Below, piece by piece: positions 55,823 through 64,000 of a stretch of DNA of 64,000 nt; positions within the stretch are counted from its first letter, which is position 1; every line of letters starts with the position of its first letter. The position numbers and the translations under genes are program-made. Origin of the DNA: Candidatus Iainarchaeum sp. (GTDB lineage: Archaea; Iainarchaeota; Iainarchaeia; Iainarchaeales; JAZDFD01); the NCBI GenBank assembly GCA_043808155.1, contig JAZDFD010000026.1, forward strand, positions 19,817 through 83,816, read 5' to 3'. The notes beneath the pieces are model-generated. The model did no database searches and was not told where the DNA came from. It saw only the letters and a list, made by a program, of their open reading frames with translations.

Positions 55823-56536
55823 ATGGATTTATTTTCAAAAAACGGATTGCTAGTGTTCGGGGTGTTTTTCATTGCAACAATGGCGATGGCATTTGTACTC
55901 ATGGACAGTTATGCACAGAGTAACTTGACTGGTCAAGGAATTCAAACAGGTTTCTATCCCAGCTCTGTTCCAGTGGAACCGCCAACTAAAGATTGTCCAA
56001 CTGGCATTTGGAATTTCTGTGGAACTGACGGAGACACCTGTGCTGCATATGAAGAGACATACGGTGGTGACAAAGCACAGGTATTTATAAAATGCGATGG
56101 CGGAAACCTGATCGAACAAAGATACGGATTTTACAAGTGTAACTTAAATCACAGACTAATGACGTTAAATCCGGTAAGTGAGAGATGTGAAAGATCTTGT
56201 GGACAATATGCAAAAATCACAGTATTAGAATACTGTGAAGGCGGCTGCAAAAGTGTAGATGGTGTAGCAGCATGTTTGGAGTATGGTCCGTGCTATGGTC
56301 TAGAAGGATATGACGGAAAATCCGGTATGTCACTGGTGGATCAGGCAAGATATCTTGCAGATATAGCAGTAAGAACAATGACAGGCGATCCTGGACAGCA
56401 GTGTCAGATGTACAACATCGTTTGGCCAGTATTCCTTGCAAATCCGACAGAACTTCTAAAAGTAGTAATGTTAACGGAATATAACTGTGACATAGTACCT
56501 GACAAATTGCCAGCAGATTGGAAGGACCCGTGTTAA
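55823..56536 (+). CDS. secreted or anchored Cys-rich protein
   Basis: GGAGGTGA Shine-Dalgarno 5 nt before ATG 55823. MDLFSKNGLLVFGVFFIATMAMAFVLM hydrophobic N-terminus. 16 Cys in the mature part. Confidence 0.6.
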   Translation: MDLFSKNGLLVFGVFFIATMAMAFVLMDSYAQSNLTGQGIQTGFYPSSVPVEPPTKDCPTGIWNFCGTDGDTCAAYEETYGGDKAQVFIKCDGGNLIEQRYGFYKCNLNHRLMTLNPVSERCERSCGQYAKITVLEYCEGGCKSVDGVAACLEYGPCYGLEGYDGKSGMSLVDQARYLADIAVRTMTGDPGQQCQMYNIVWPVFLANPTELLKVVMLTEYNCDIVPDKLPADWKDPC

Positions 56537-56633
56537 TGACATTTCAATTTAAAAACTAGAGGATTAATTTCCTCCTTTTTTCTTTTTTTTATTTTATGGA
56601 AGCATTAAATATGACTTTAGACATTATTGAACC

Positions 56634-57350
56634 ATGAAAGACTGGTTTGGTATTGCATTGCTTTTATTGATTTTAGTTAGTGGCTGTACTACGCCAACTT
56701 ACCCTGTTAAGGAAGAACCAGAACCAGTTTGCGGAGATGCAATAACTTATGGTGTTGATGCACAAGGTGCATGCGCTGAATTTCCAACAACCTGTTTGCC
56801 TGAAGGTTACACTAAAGTTAATGAATGCATTAAAGTTTGCGAACCAAAATGCGATGATAAATGTCAGGGAACAACATTTCTCACTGAGGGTGAATGTGAA
56901 AACGGAGAATGCATTTACAAAAATGTTAAAGAAAATTCTTTTGAATGCGGTTATGAAAAAATATTTGACGGTGAAGTGACATTGCAATACTGCAATTATA
57001 ATGAATTTTTTGATAGATATAGTTTTTTCCTTTCAGTAAGAAGTACTGGTGAAATATTGGCAAAAGCAGGTTCAAGTGTTTGGTTGATGACTCCAGACAT
57101 TGATAAAACAAGTTACCAGCCAATTTCAAAAGAATATGCGCAGGGAATTTATTGGTGGCAGGATGTTTTTAGTGACAAACCATATAGGGGTCGAACATTT
57201 AACATCACAGGAGAAGAAGAATTCAAAGAATTTGATTATAAATTTATTTACTGCGAATTAGAAAATAATCTTTATGACAAATGTGATGAAGAAAAAGGTA
57301 TAATTTTGTACACTGGAAATACTGCAGATTGCAATATTGTCAAATATTAA
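56634..57350 (+). CDS. Cys-rich lipoprotein
   Basis: MKDWFGIALLLLILVSGC lipobox; 238 aa. Confidence 0.6.
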   Translation: MKDWFGIALLLLILVSGCTTPTYPVKEEPEPVCGDAITYGVDAQGACAEFPTTCLPEGYTKVNECIKVCEPKCDDKCQGTTFLTEGECENGECIYKNVKENSFECGYEKIFDGEVTLQYCNYNEFFDRYSFFLSVRSTGEILAKAGSSVWLMTPDIDKTSYQPISKEYAQGIYWWQDVFSDKPYRGRTFNITGEEEFKEFDYKFIYCELENNLYDKCDEEKGIILYTGNTADCNIVKY

Positions 57351-57448
57351 TAAATTCCAATATCCGATTTCTAAATCAAATTTTGCTTAAAATTTGCTAA
57401 AAAACCACACACAAAATCATTAAATAATAGCGTGACAATAAATAATAC

Positions 57449-57676
57449 ATGAACCAAACAGATAAACGATACCTGTTAGTATTGATTTTTGGGACCATGC
57501 TAGCAGGATTAACTGCACTAATTTCACTAGGTTTTAATGGCAAGGGACCATTAGGCTCTGCTTTGAGCTCATATGTGCCCCCTGAAGTGACAGTCATTAA
57601 TTATATTGGACTAGCACTGGGTGCAATCATTGTAATTGGCGGGTCAATCTTTTTCATCAAAAAAATCATGGACTAA
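57449..57676 (+). CDS. small two-TM membrane protein
   Basis: 75-aa ORF with two hydrophobic segments. Confidence 0.4.
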   Translation: MNQTDKRYLLVLIFGTMLAGLTALISLGFNGKGPLGSALSSYVPPEVTVINYIGLALGAIIVIGGSIFFIKKIMD

Positions 57677-57729
57677 GCAAATAGAAAGCTTTTTTAGTGT
57701 TTCAGCACTACGTATATAGGGGAAAAATA

Positions 57730-58149
57730 ATGAATAGAAACACAATAGTCATAGTTTTACTTTTAGGGATTCTTTTAATGTCTGGTTGTATAGATAATAC
57801 AACAGAATACCCTACAAATACACCTTCGGGGACAACGGATTTTGTTTCAGTTAAATTCATAATTGAAAAAGACAATGAAAATGTGATTGTAAAAACAGTC
57901 CAAATTGAAAAGGGCAAAACAGGTTTAGACGCAATGCAGGCATCAGGAATTGAATTCGCTTCAACTACTTATGACGGAATGGGCACGTTCATAGACTCAA
58001 TAATGGGCGTATCTGGAGATGCACAATATTATTGGGCATTATATGTAGACGGGAAGTACGCAGAAGCCTCACTTGACAATTACACACTAAACAACGACAT
58101 TGAACTCAAATGGGTTTATGAAAAAATCGATTTTTCTGAATTTGAATAA
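57730..58149 (+). CDS. lipoprotein with DUF4430-like domain
   Basis: MNRNTIVIVLLLGILLMSGC lipobox (ATG 57730 preferred over the track start at 57697). GLDAMQASGIEF...GTFIDSIMGVSGD...YWALYVDG resembles DUF4430. Confidence 0.6.
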   Translation: MNRNTIVIVLLLGILLMSGCIDNTTEYPTNTPSGTTDFVSVKFIIEKDNENVIVKTVQIEKGKTGLDAMQASGIEFASTTYDGMGTFIDSIMGVSGDAQYYWALYVDGKYAEASLDNYTLNNDIELKWVYEKIDFSEFE

Positions 58150-58250
58150 TTCGGCAATAAACGCAATCTTGGGAAACAGGAAGCTTTATAAAGGCAGAGA
58201 GAAGCAATATATACATATTAACTCTAATGAGTGAATTGGGGGATAAAAAA

Positions 58251-58670
58251 ATGATCTTCAGTAAAACAGTGAAACTTTTGATTGTAATAACAGTACTTGC
58301 AGTTTTAATGCAGACTGTTTCAGCATACACATCAGTAACTTACGCAAAAGACGGAACATACATGCAATACACAAACACTAAATCAGGCGACTATTCATGC
58401 TTTTACGGTGGATGCACAACTGGATCACGGGGCGTTTATGATAATGTAATTGTTGGAAAAGAAAATCCACATACATATTATTATCAACCAGGAACCAGCT
58501 ATTATTATCCATCAGGGGGCAGTAATTATTACTCCTATGGGGCTACCCATTACACAAGTCCTACTTACTATTATCCTTCATATGGATATTATTACTATCC
58601 TGCACCAGTGTATAATTACTATTACTATGCACCCTATACCTGGAGATATGGCTATTACCCCTATCCTTAG
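58251..58670 (+). CDS. secreted protein with an extremely Tyr-rich C-terminal half
   Basis: Signal peptide MIFSKTVKLLIVITVLAVLMQTVSA. C-terminus HTYYYQPGTSYYYPSGGSNYYSYGATHYTSPTYYYPSYGYYYYPAPVYNYYYYAPYTWRYGYYPYP. Confidence 0.55.
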   Translation: MIFSKTVKLLIVITVLAVLMQTVSAYTSVTYAKDGTYMQYTNTKSGDYSCFYGGCTTGSRGVYDNVIVGKENPHTYYYQPGTSYYYPSGGSNYYSYGATHYTSPTYYYPSYGYYYYPAPVYNYYYYAPYTWRYGYYPYP

Positions 58671-58752
58671 GAATTAGGGGATTCCTTTTTTAATCTTTCT
58701 AATAATTTAAATCTTACTAATTTTGCATTATATGTAAAATAAGGTGAAGTTT

Positions 58753-58884
58753 ATGGGTACACGCTCTAAAGACAGTTCCAGGTTCAAAAAAACCAAAGCT
58801 CGACAGCGCTGGAAATGGAAAAAGAAAAAGATGCGAAAGAAACAGCGCAAGAAGAGATACCTGAAGAAGAGAGCTAAGTCATAA
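58753..58884 (+). CDS. very basic 43-aa protein (eL41-like composition?)
   Basis: Below the ORF-track cutoff. AAGGTGA lies 5 nt before the ATG. Own translation: MGTRSKDSSRFKKTKARQRWKWKKKKMRKKQRKKRYLKKRAKS*. Confidence 0.4.
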   Translation: MGTRSKDSSRFKKTKARQRWKWKKKKMRKKQRKKRYLKKRAKS

Positions 58885-58898
58885 AATCAGCTTATTTT

Positions 58899-59834
58899 TT
58901 ATGGCGACAATAAAAAGATTATTATAAAACCCAAAATAAACAGCAAATAATGCACATAAACCAAACGATACATCTTTTTCATATTCATTCCTTGGGGTTT
59001 TTTTAGTGACGTCCAATACAAAGGAGTTGCAAGTAAGGACAGGATTACTAACCATGCAAAACGCAGGGGGAGTTCACCCAAACTTTCAAGCGCAGGGAAA
59101 AATGTTTTCAACTTTGAATTCAATGTGAGAAAAACAAATGAAAGTCCACCAAGTCCCATTACAATATAAGTTAAAATTCGCAGATTTCTTTCGCCAAATA
59201 AAACTGCTGAGTTTCTGTAACCTGATTCTGCTTCATGTTTTTTTGAACCAATTTTATAAAGTGTGTAACCGCCAAACTGCAGACCAACAACAAATAAAAT
59301 AATCAAAATTGGGGCGTTAAATGCAGCAACAAATAAAACCCATCCTGCGTAGAATCTGAAAATTGGATTTACCATTGAACCTGAAATCAAATCAAGGATT
59401 GGGCGTTTTTTGAAATTAAATGGTTTTGTTGTGTAAAGAATTTGATTTACTAACATTGCAATTAGACAATAAAGATAAAGAAAATTCATTGTAATCTGCA
59501 TTATAAAAATTCCAATTCCAAACGAAATTCCAATTAAAAGAATTGCAAACATTAATGCAATTTCAGGTAAAACTTTTCCTGAAGGAATCGGTCTGTATTT
59601 TTTCACATCATGTTTAGAATCTTTTTCCCAGTCAGTGTAATCATTCAAAGTATAAAGTCCGCTCCAGAGAACTGCAACTCCAACAAAACCCAAAAGAAAC
59701 AATTGCAGATCTAATGTGAGATTAAATGTATAGGCTACAACAATCACAGCAATAACCATATTCCCGAAGCTTTTGCTCCACTCAAGAGGCCTCATCAAGT
59801 GAAACAAACCGTGAGTTTTTTCATAAATTCCCAT
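58899..59834 (-). CDS. UbiA-family prenyltransferase (second copy, substrate unknown)
   Basis: 311 aa, multi-TM, Asp-rich motif LNDYTDWEKD. Confidence 0.7.
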   Translation of the reverse strand: MGIYEKTHGLFHLMRPLEWSKSFGNMVIAVIVVAYTFNLTLDLQLFLLGFVGVAVLWSGLYTLNDYTDWEKDSKHDVKKYRPIPSGKVLPEIALMFAILLIGISFGIGIFIMQITMNFLYLYCLIAMLVNQILYTTKPFNFKKRPILDLISGSMVNPIFRFYAGWVLFVAAFNAPILIILFVVGLQFGGYTLYKIGSKKHEAESGYRNSAVLFGERNLRILTYIVMGLGGLSFVFLTLNSKLKTFFPALESLGELPLRFAWLVILSLLATPLYWTSLKKPQGMNMKKMYRLVYVHYLLFILGFIIIFLLSP

Positions 59835-59893
59835 TTCAATCAGCTAAAATATGCGTAAACCTGTTTTTAAGGTTTTTTAGAGTTGTTCAAATT

Positions 59894-60544
59894 ATGGAAC
59901 CTGGAACTTTTAATGAGATTGAGCTTATTGTGCATCCTGGCTACCATATTATTGACAGATTTGTAAAAAAGGTTGATGCTGCGAGAAAAGAAAACTACGG
60001 GGAGTTTAGAGAAATAAAGTTAAGCAGGGCTGAGATTGAATTTCTGAAAAAACGTTTTGCAGAATATGGCCGGCGTATTCTAGAGGCTGAAAAAAACCCC
60101 AACAGGATGGTAATTGTGATAAAACCAAGCGACATGCCAGACACTTTTGAAGAATTGAGTGGAAACATAGACCCGAAAATCAGGCAAGGAACTAAAATGG
60201 TAATGAGACAATTAAAGAGGTTCTCTGATTTTGCAAAAAAGAGATTAGAAGGAAGATTTTTTGAGATTGATTGGAAAATAAAGAAAGAAGATGCTTTTGC
60301 AATTGCCCCGCTTTTGTCTAAAAATGTTAAAATTTATGCGTCCGGCGAGTATAAGAATGACTGCGTAACAGAAGGGGCGCAAACACTTGAAATTTTTCTC
60401 AGGGCAAAAGGCAAAAAACCGCAAATTGTTTGGAGAGAGGGCAGGGTTACGAAAAACTCAGCAATCCCGAGTGCATCCCAAAGAAGAAAATTGCAGGAAG
60501 AGAAAAAGCGCAGGAAGCTGGCTGAAAGGAAAAGGCGCTTATAG
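59894..60544 (+). CDS. hypothetical protein with K/R-rich tail
   Basis: 216-aa ORF; C-terminus QRRKLQEEKKRRKLAERKRRL; no recognised domain. Confidence 0.5.
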   Translation: MEPGTFNEIELIVHPGYHIIDRFVKKVDAARKENYGEFREIKLSRAEIEFLKKRFAEYGRRILEAEKNPNRMVIVIKPSDMPDTFEELSGNIDPKIRQGTKMVMRQLKRFSDFAKKRLEGRFFEIDWKIKKEDAFAIAPLLSKNVKIYASGEYKNDCVTEGAQTLEIFLRAKGKKPQIVWREGRVTKNSAIPSASQRRKLQEEKKRRKLAERKRRL

Positions 60545-60614
60545 CAAAAGTCACATTGCCCAAAACCTTGCATTTTGGATATGTTTAAATAAAACTTCAA
60601 TCATAATTGAAAAC

Positions 60615-61397
60615 ATGGAAAAGAAATTAATTTTCGGGATTCTTGCTATTTTTGCAGTTGTTTTATTGAGCGGGTGCATTGAAGAAAAACCTCTTGCTAA
60701 TAACACAATAACGGACAATACGGTAACAGGAAATGAAAATGTTTCAATGGATTTTTCTTCGGAGCCTTGCAGTGAGGATGTGGACGCTTATGACCCCTCA
60801 ATTCCAAAAGTTATAGAAAAAAATTGGGAGGATAATTCAACATTAAAAGTCCGGGCTTATGTGAGGACCAACTGTGCGGAGGATGTTCTTAACGGGGATT
60901 TCAAAATTGAGGAAAATAAAATAACTTTAGTCTACGAGGCTTCAGATTGCATGGAAACCGAAATGGGCTGTGCGGAATGCGACTGCGTGCATGAAATAAA
61001 TTACACGTTCAGCAACATTGCAAAGAAAGAGTATGAATTTGAGATTGAAAAGAGTTATGAGCCCGCAAATGAAAATGTCCGGATGGATTTTTATGCTGAG
61101 CCCTGCGATCAAGACATAAACCCCTACGACGAATCAATTCCCAGGGTGCTTGAAACTAACTGGGCAAATAATTCAACTTTGGAAGTGATGGTACGTGTTG
61201 CAATAAATTGCGCAGAAAGCATTTTGAGCGGGGATTTTGAGATTGAAGGAAATAAAATAATTTTGAGTTATGAATCAACTTATTGCGGGGATAACGAAGA
61301 AGGCTGTACTCTGTGCAACTGCGCGCATGATTTGATTTACACATTTACGAATATTGCAAAGAAAGAGTATGAATTTGAGATTAGTGAGATAAGCTAA
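60615..61397 (+). CDS. lipoprotein built from two tandem ~110-aa Cys-containing repeats
   Basis: MEKKLIFGILAIFAVVLLSGC lipobox. ATG 60615 is preferred; the track start at 60387 overlaps the upstream gene. Confidence 0.65.
   Translation: MEKKLIFGILAIFAVVLLSGCIEEKPLANNTITDNTVTGNENVSMDFSSEPCSEDVDAYDPSIPKVIEKNWEDNSTLKVRAYVRTNCAEDVLNGDFKIEENKITLVYEASDCMETEMGCAECDCVHEINYTFSNIAKKEYEFEIEKSYEPANENVRMDFYAEPCDQDINPYDESIPRVLETNWANNSTLEVMVRVAINCAESILSGDFEIEGNKIILSYESTYCGDNEEGCTLCNCAHDLIYTFTNIAKKEYEFEISEIS
60732..61394 (+). repeat. intragenic tandem duplication, period 336 nt (60732-61067 and 61068-61394)
   Basis: NENVSMDFSSEPC...NIAKKEYEFEI versus NENVRMDFYAEPC...NIAKKEYEFEI. The two copies share an identical 30-mer ATTGCAAAGAAAGAGTATGAATTTGAGATT near their ends. 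Confidence 0.85.
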
Positions 61398-61472
61398 AAA
61401 CAAAAAAACGCGCCCGAAAGTTTTATAAAAGAGAAAAACATTAAGTAATATAATAAGTTAAATGTGATTTCG

Positions 61473-61832
61473 ATGGCATCAAGAATACGTGCAATTATTA
61501 GGGAAACAAATCTTACCAAAGCTCATTTTAATGCGTTTCATAAATTTGTTACAAATGCTGGAGAGAAACTTACAGGAAAAGGAATACCTTGTAGGAAAAA
61601 TTCATCTTTTCAAGTTATAAAAGGCGAACATGAATTTAATAATGCAGCAGAATTGAAGTTACTCAATACAGCTCTTCCCGAACTTGAGAAACATGGTTTT
61701 TTTGTAGATAATTTGCCGCCAGGATATATGACTAATCCCTCAATAGTGAAACGTAGCTTGAGACCCATTTGGTATGAATCTTTGAACAACTGGAAAAATG
61801 CTGGAAAAGCACGTGAGAAAAAGAAAAAATAG
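61473..61832 (+). CDS. hypothetical basic protein (orphan)
   Basis: ORF; first ATG at 61473 (MASRIRAII...); K-rich C-terminus. Confidence 0.45.
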   Translation: MASRIRAIIRETNLTKAHFNAFHKFVTNAGEKLTGKGIPCRKNSSFQVIKGEHEFNNAAELKLLNTALPELEKHGFFVDNLPPGYMTNPSIVKRSLRPIWYESLNNWKNAGKAREKKKK

Positions 61833-61865
61833 CTAACACTAAATTTGTTCTTAACTCAACGAAAG

Positions 61866-61875
61866 CTTTATAAAG
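61866..61875 (+). promoter_or_regulatory. candidate rRNA operon promoter (AAGCTTTATAAAG)
   Basis: TATA-like TTTATAAA preceded by a purine-rich GAAAGC, about 310 nt upstream of the 16S 5' end. The context resembles the purH and tRNA-Glu promoters. Confidence 0.4.
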
Positions 61876-62072
61876 AAAGGGCTGACTTATTATATAAGTA
61901 ATTTTATTACAAGTGCTTGGGAGAAGTTTTAGGCACGTCTATTTGTCAGCTACGAACCGTAGTTGATTTGCATTGTTATTTGCCCGATAGTACCCGTTCT
62001 GGCGTTTTTTTCGGCAGCAGGGACTAAGGTGCAAACGTGAGTATCAGAGCTTTTTCTGGTATGATTTAGGTT

Positions 62073-62100
62073 TATAGGTTTGAGGAATTTTGACAGTCAA
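62073..62100 (+). other. 5' strand of the 16S processing stem
   Basis: TATAGGTT..AGG..TTTTGACAGTCAA is complementary to TTGGCTGTCAAA..CCT..AACCTATA at 63699-63726 (8 + 3 + 12 bp, with short bulges). Confidence 0.55.
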
Positions 62101-62178
62101 TGTCCTTATTCCAATTCCATTTTTAATTAGTGCGATTAAGTTATGCAATGCGGCAAATACAAAAATGCATAACATCCG

Positions 62179-63660
62179 ATTCCAGCTGATCCTGCTGGCG
62201 GATACTGCTATCGAAGTTCGAATTAGACATGCAAGTCTTATGAGCAATCTATGGTGTTCATGGCAAACGGCTCAGTAACACGTAGATAACCTAACCTCAG
62301 GAGGAGGCAAACCCGGGAAACTGGGCTTAATTCTCCATAGGAAATTGATACTGGAAGGTTCTTTTTCTCAAAGGATTTAATCCATGATTTAAATCCGCCT
62401 GAGGATGAGTCTGCGGTGGATTAGGTTGTTGGCGGGGTAAATGCCCACCAAGCCTAAGATCTGTACGGGCCTTGAAAGAGGTGGCCCGGAGAAGGACACT
62501 GAGATAAGGGTCCTAGCCCCACGGGGTGCAGCAGTCGCGAAACCTCTACAATGCACGAAAGTGTGATAGGGGAACTTCGAGTGCGCTCTCTGAGTGCTTT
62601 TGCCAAGCCTAAAAAGCTTGGCGAATAAGTGGGGGGTAATATACGTGCCAGCCGCCGCGGTAATACGTAACCCACGAGTGGTATCCACTAATATTGGGCC
62701 TAAAACGTCTGTAGCCTGTTTTGTAAGTCTTTTGTGAAATCAGCCAGCTCAACTTGTTGAATTGCAAAAGATACTGCACGACTCGAGGCCGGAAGAGGTA
62801 AAGGGAATTTCAGGGGTAACGGTGAAATGTTATGATCCCTGAAAGACCACCAGTAGCGAAGGCGCTTTACCAGGACGGTCCTGACGGTGAGAGACGAAAG
62901 CTGGGGGAGCGACCAGGATTAGATACCCTGTTAGTCCCAGCCGTAAACGATGTGGACTAGGTGTCCTAATACCTAAGAGGTATGGGGGTGCCGAAGCGAA
63001 GGCGTTAAGTCCACTGCCTGGGGAGTATAATCGCAAGGTTGAAACTTAATGGAATTGGCGGGGGCGCACTACAAGGGGTGGATGCTGCGGTTCAATTGGA
63101 TTCAACGCCAGATATTTTACCAGAAACGACAGCAGAGTGATGGTCAGTCTGAAGGGCTTACCTGACGCGCTGAGAGGTGTTGTATGGTCATCGTCAGCTC
63201 GTACTATGAAGCGTCCTGTTAACTCAGGCAACGGGCGAGACCCATATTCTTAGTTGCTATTGCTCAATTTGGGTAAGCACTCTAGGAAAACTGCATGTGT
63301 AAACATGAGGAAGGAATGGGCAACGGTAGATCTGTATGGCCCGAATTTTCTGGGCAACACGCGGCATACAATGGTTAATACAATGGGCTCCGACTCCGAA
63401 AGGAGAAGGTAATCTCCTAACATTAACCTTAGTTCGGATTGAGGGTTGTAACTCACCCTCATGAAGCTGGAATCCCCAGTAATCGGAAATCACTATTTTC
63501 CGGTGAATAAGTCCCTGCGCCTTGCACACACCGCCCATCAAGCCAGCTGAATGGAGTTTAGATGAATTGCACTCAACCGAGAGTAATAATTCTGGGCTCT
63601 GTAAGGCGGGCTAAGTTGTAACAAGGTGTCCGTAGGGGAACCTGCGGACGGATCACCTCC
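62179..63660 (+). rRNA. 16S (SSU) ribosomal RNA, archaeal type, ~1482 nt, no large insertion
   Basis: 5' ATTCCAGCTGATCCTGCTGGCGG; GTGCCAGCCGCCGCGGTAATAC at 62645; GGATTAGATACCC; 3' GGAACCTGCGGACGGATCACCTCC. Confidence 0.95.
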
Positions 63661-63698
63661 TATATTGAATAACAAACGTTATTCATTTTTGGAAAGGC

Positions 63699-63726
63699 TT
63701 GGCTGTCAAACCTTTAATAACCTATA
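63699..63726 (+). other. 3' strand of the 16S processing stem
   Basis: Complementary to 62073-62100. Confidence 0.55.
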
Positions 63727-63757
63727 GACCAAAAAAATGACTCGCGGAACACCCGTG

Positions 63758-63825
63758 ATAATGCGAGCACAAAAGTGCGAGCCAGTCCCACTACAGGTGG
63801 GACCCGCACCCGCCGGGCGTTCGGC
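63758..63825 (+). ncRNA. structured 5' leader of spacer tRNA-Ala (L2)
   Basis: Starts with ATAATGCGA. Contains hairpins GCAC-AAAA-GTGC and GTCCCAC-TACAG-GTGGGAC. Ends with CGCCG-GGCGTT-CGGC(G) (63811-63826), whose last G is tRNA position +1. Confidence 0.45.
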
Positions 63826-63898
63826 GGGCTCGTAGCTCAGTTGGTAGAGCGCTGCCCTTGCACGGCAGAGGCCACGGGTTCGAATCCCGTCGAGTCCA
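63826..63898 (+). tRNA. tRNA-Ala(TGC) in the 16S-23S spacer
   Basis: GGGCTCG TA GCTC AGTTGGTA GAGC G CTGCC CTTGCAC GGCAG AGGCC ACGGG TTCGAAT CCCGT CGAGTCC A. The G3:U70 identity pair is present. Confidence 0.92.
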
Positions 63899-63994
63899 AG
63901 TCCGGTTTCGACCGGACGTACCGAGATATGTGCACTGTTGCTTTGGCAACAGCGCGGTAATATATTTCGGAAACCGTGCCACAGCACAAAGCGT
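63899..63994 (+). ncRNA. conserved structured tRNA trailer module, copy T2
   Basis: GTCCGGT-TTCG-ACCGGAC (63900-63917), CCGAGATATGTG (63921-63932), the GCACTGTTGC/GCAACAGCGC hairpin, and GTAATAT..TCGG. Collinear with 36613-36709. Confidence 0.55.
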
Positions 63995-64000
63995 GTGGCA

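Noticed and set aside
60387-60614. N-terminal 76-aa extension of the 60387-61397 ORF
   Set aside because: It overlaps the 59894-60544 gene in another frame. The signal peptide and lipobox begin at ATG 60615.
62389-63987. Several 60-100-aa ORFs in the six-frame track (for example 62389-62688, 62830-63036, 63257-63541, 63706-63987)
   Set aside because: They lie entirely within the 16S rRNA, the spacer and tRNA-Ala. They are GC-driven open frames in structural RNA, not genes.

Overview
AT-rich archaeal chromosomal segment. Archaeal markers: archaeal-type 16S rRNA, PAN, FEN1, MBF1, eL40, a DGGGP-synthase-like UbiA enzyme, a class III (pilin) signal peptide, and intron-containing tRNAs. The many orphan basic proteins and Cys-rich surface proteins suggest a small-celled, possibly DPANN-like lineage; that is inference only. 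I call about 70 protein genes, 5 tRNA genes and one 16S rRNA. The tRNAs are Leu-CAA and Glu-TTC (86- and 98-nt introns), Ser-GCT, Asn-GTT and Ala-TGC. The 16S is followed by spacer tRNA-Ala; the 23S lies beyond the window end. Housekeeping blocks: de novo purine genes (purH; purF-purM; purS-purL-purQ; guaB; purA carrying a 1-nt frameshift), ribBA plus a RibL-like gene, tyrS, ftsZ, S2P protease, pan, fen1, pcm. Accessory blocks: several operon-like clusters of secreted, lipobox and Cys-rich proteins, and an orphan-gene island at 36-43 kb bracketed by two paralogous RHH/RelE-like TA pairs and tRNA genes. I saw no transposase, integrase, reverse transcriptase or CRISPR array. Many genes appear leaderless, with TTTAAA 28-30 nt upstream of the ATG. 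The most unusual signal is a family of GC-rich structured RNA modules attached to tRNA genes. It comprises a conserved leader hairpin and a ~97-nt trailer shared by tRNA-Leu and tRNA-Ala, the same module inside the tRNA-Glu intron, and a fourth core copy beside tRNA-Ser. Stem differences between copies are compensatory. I do not know its function and cannot match it to any described RNA class from memory.
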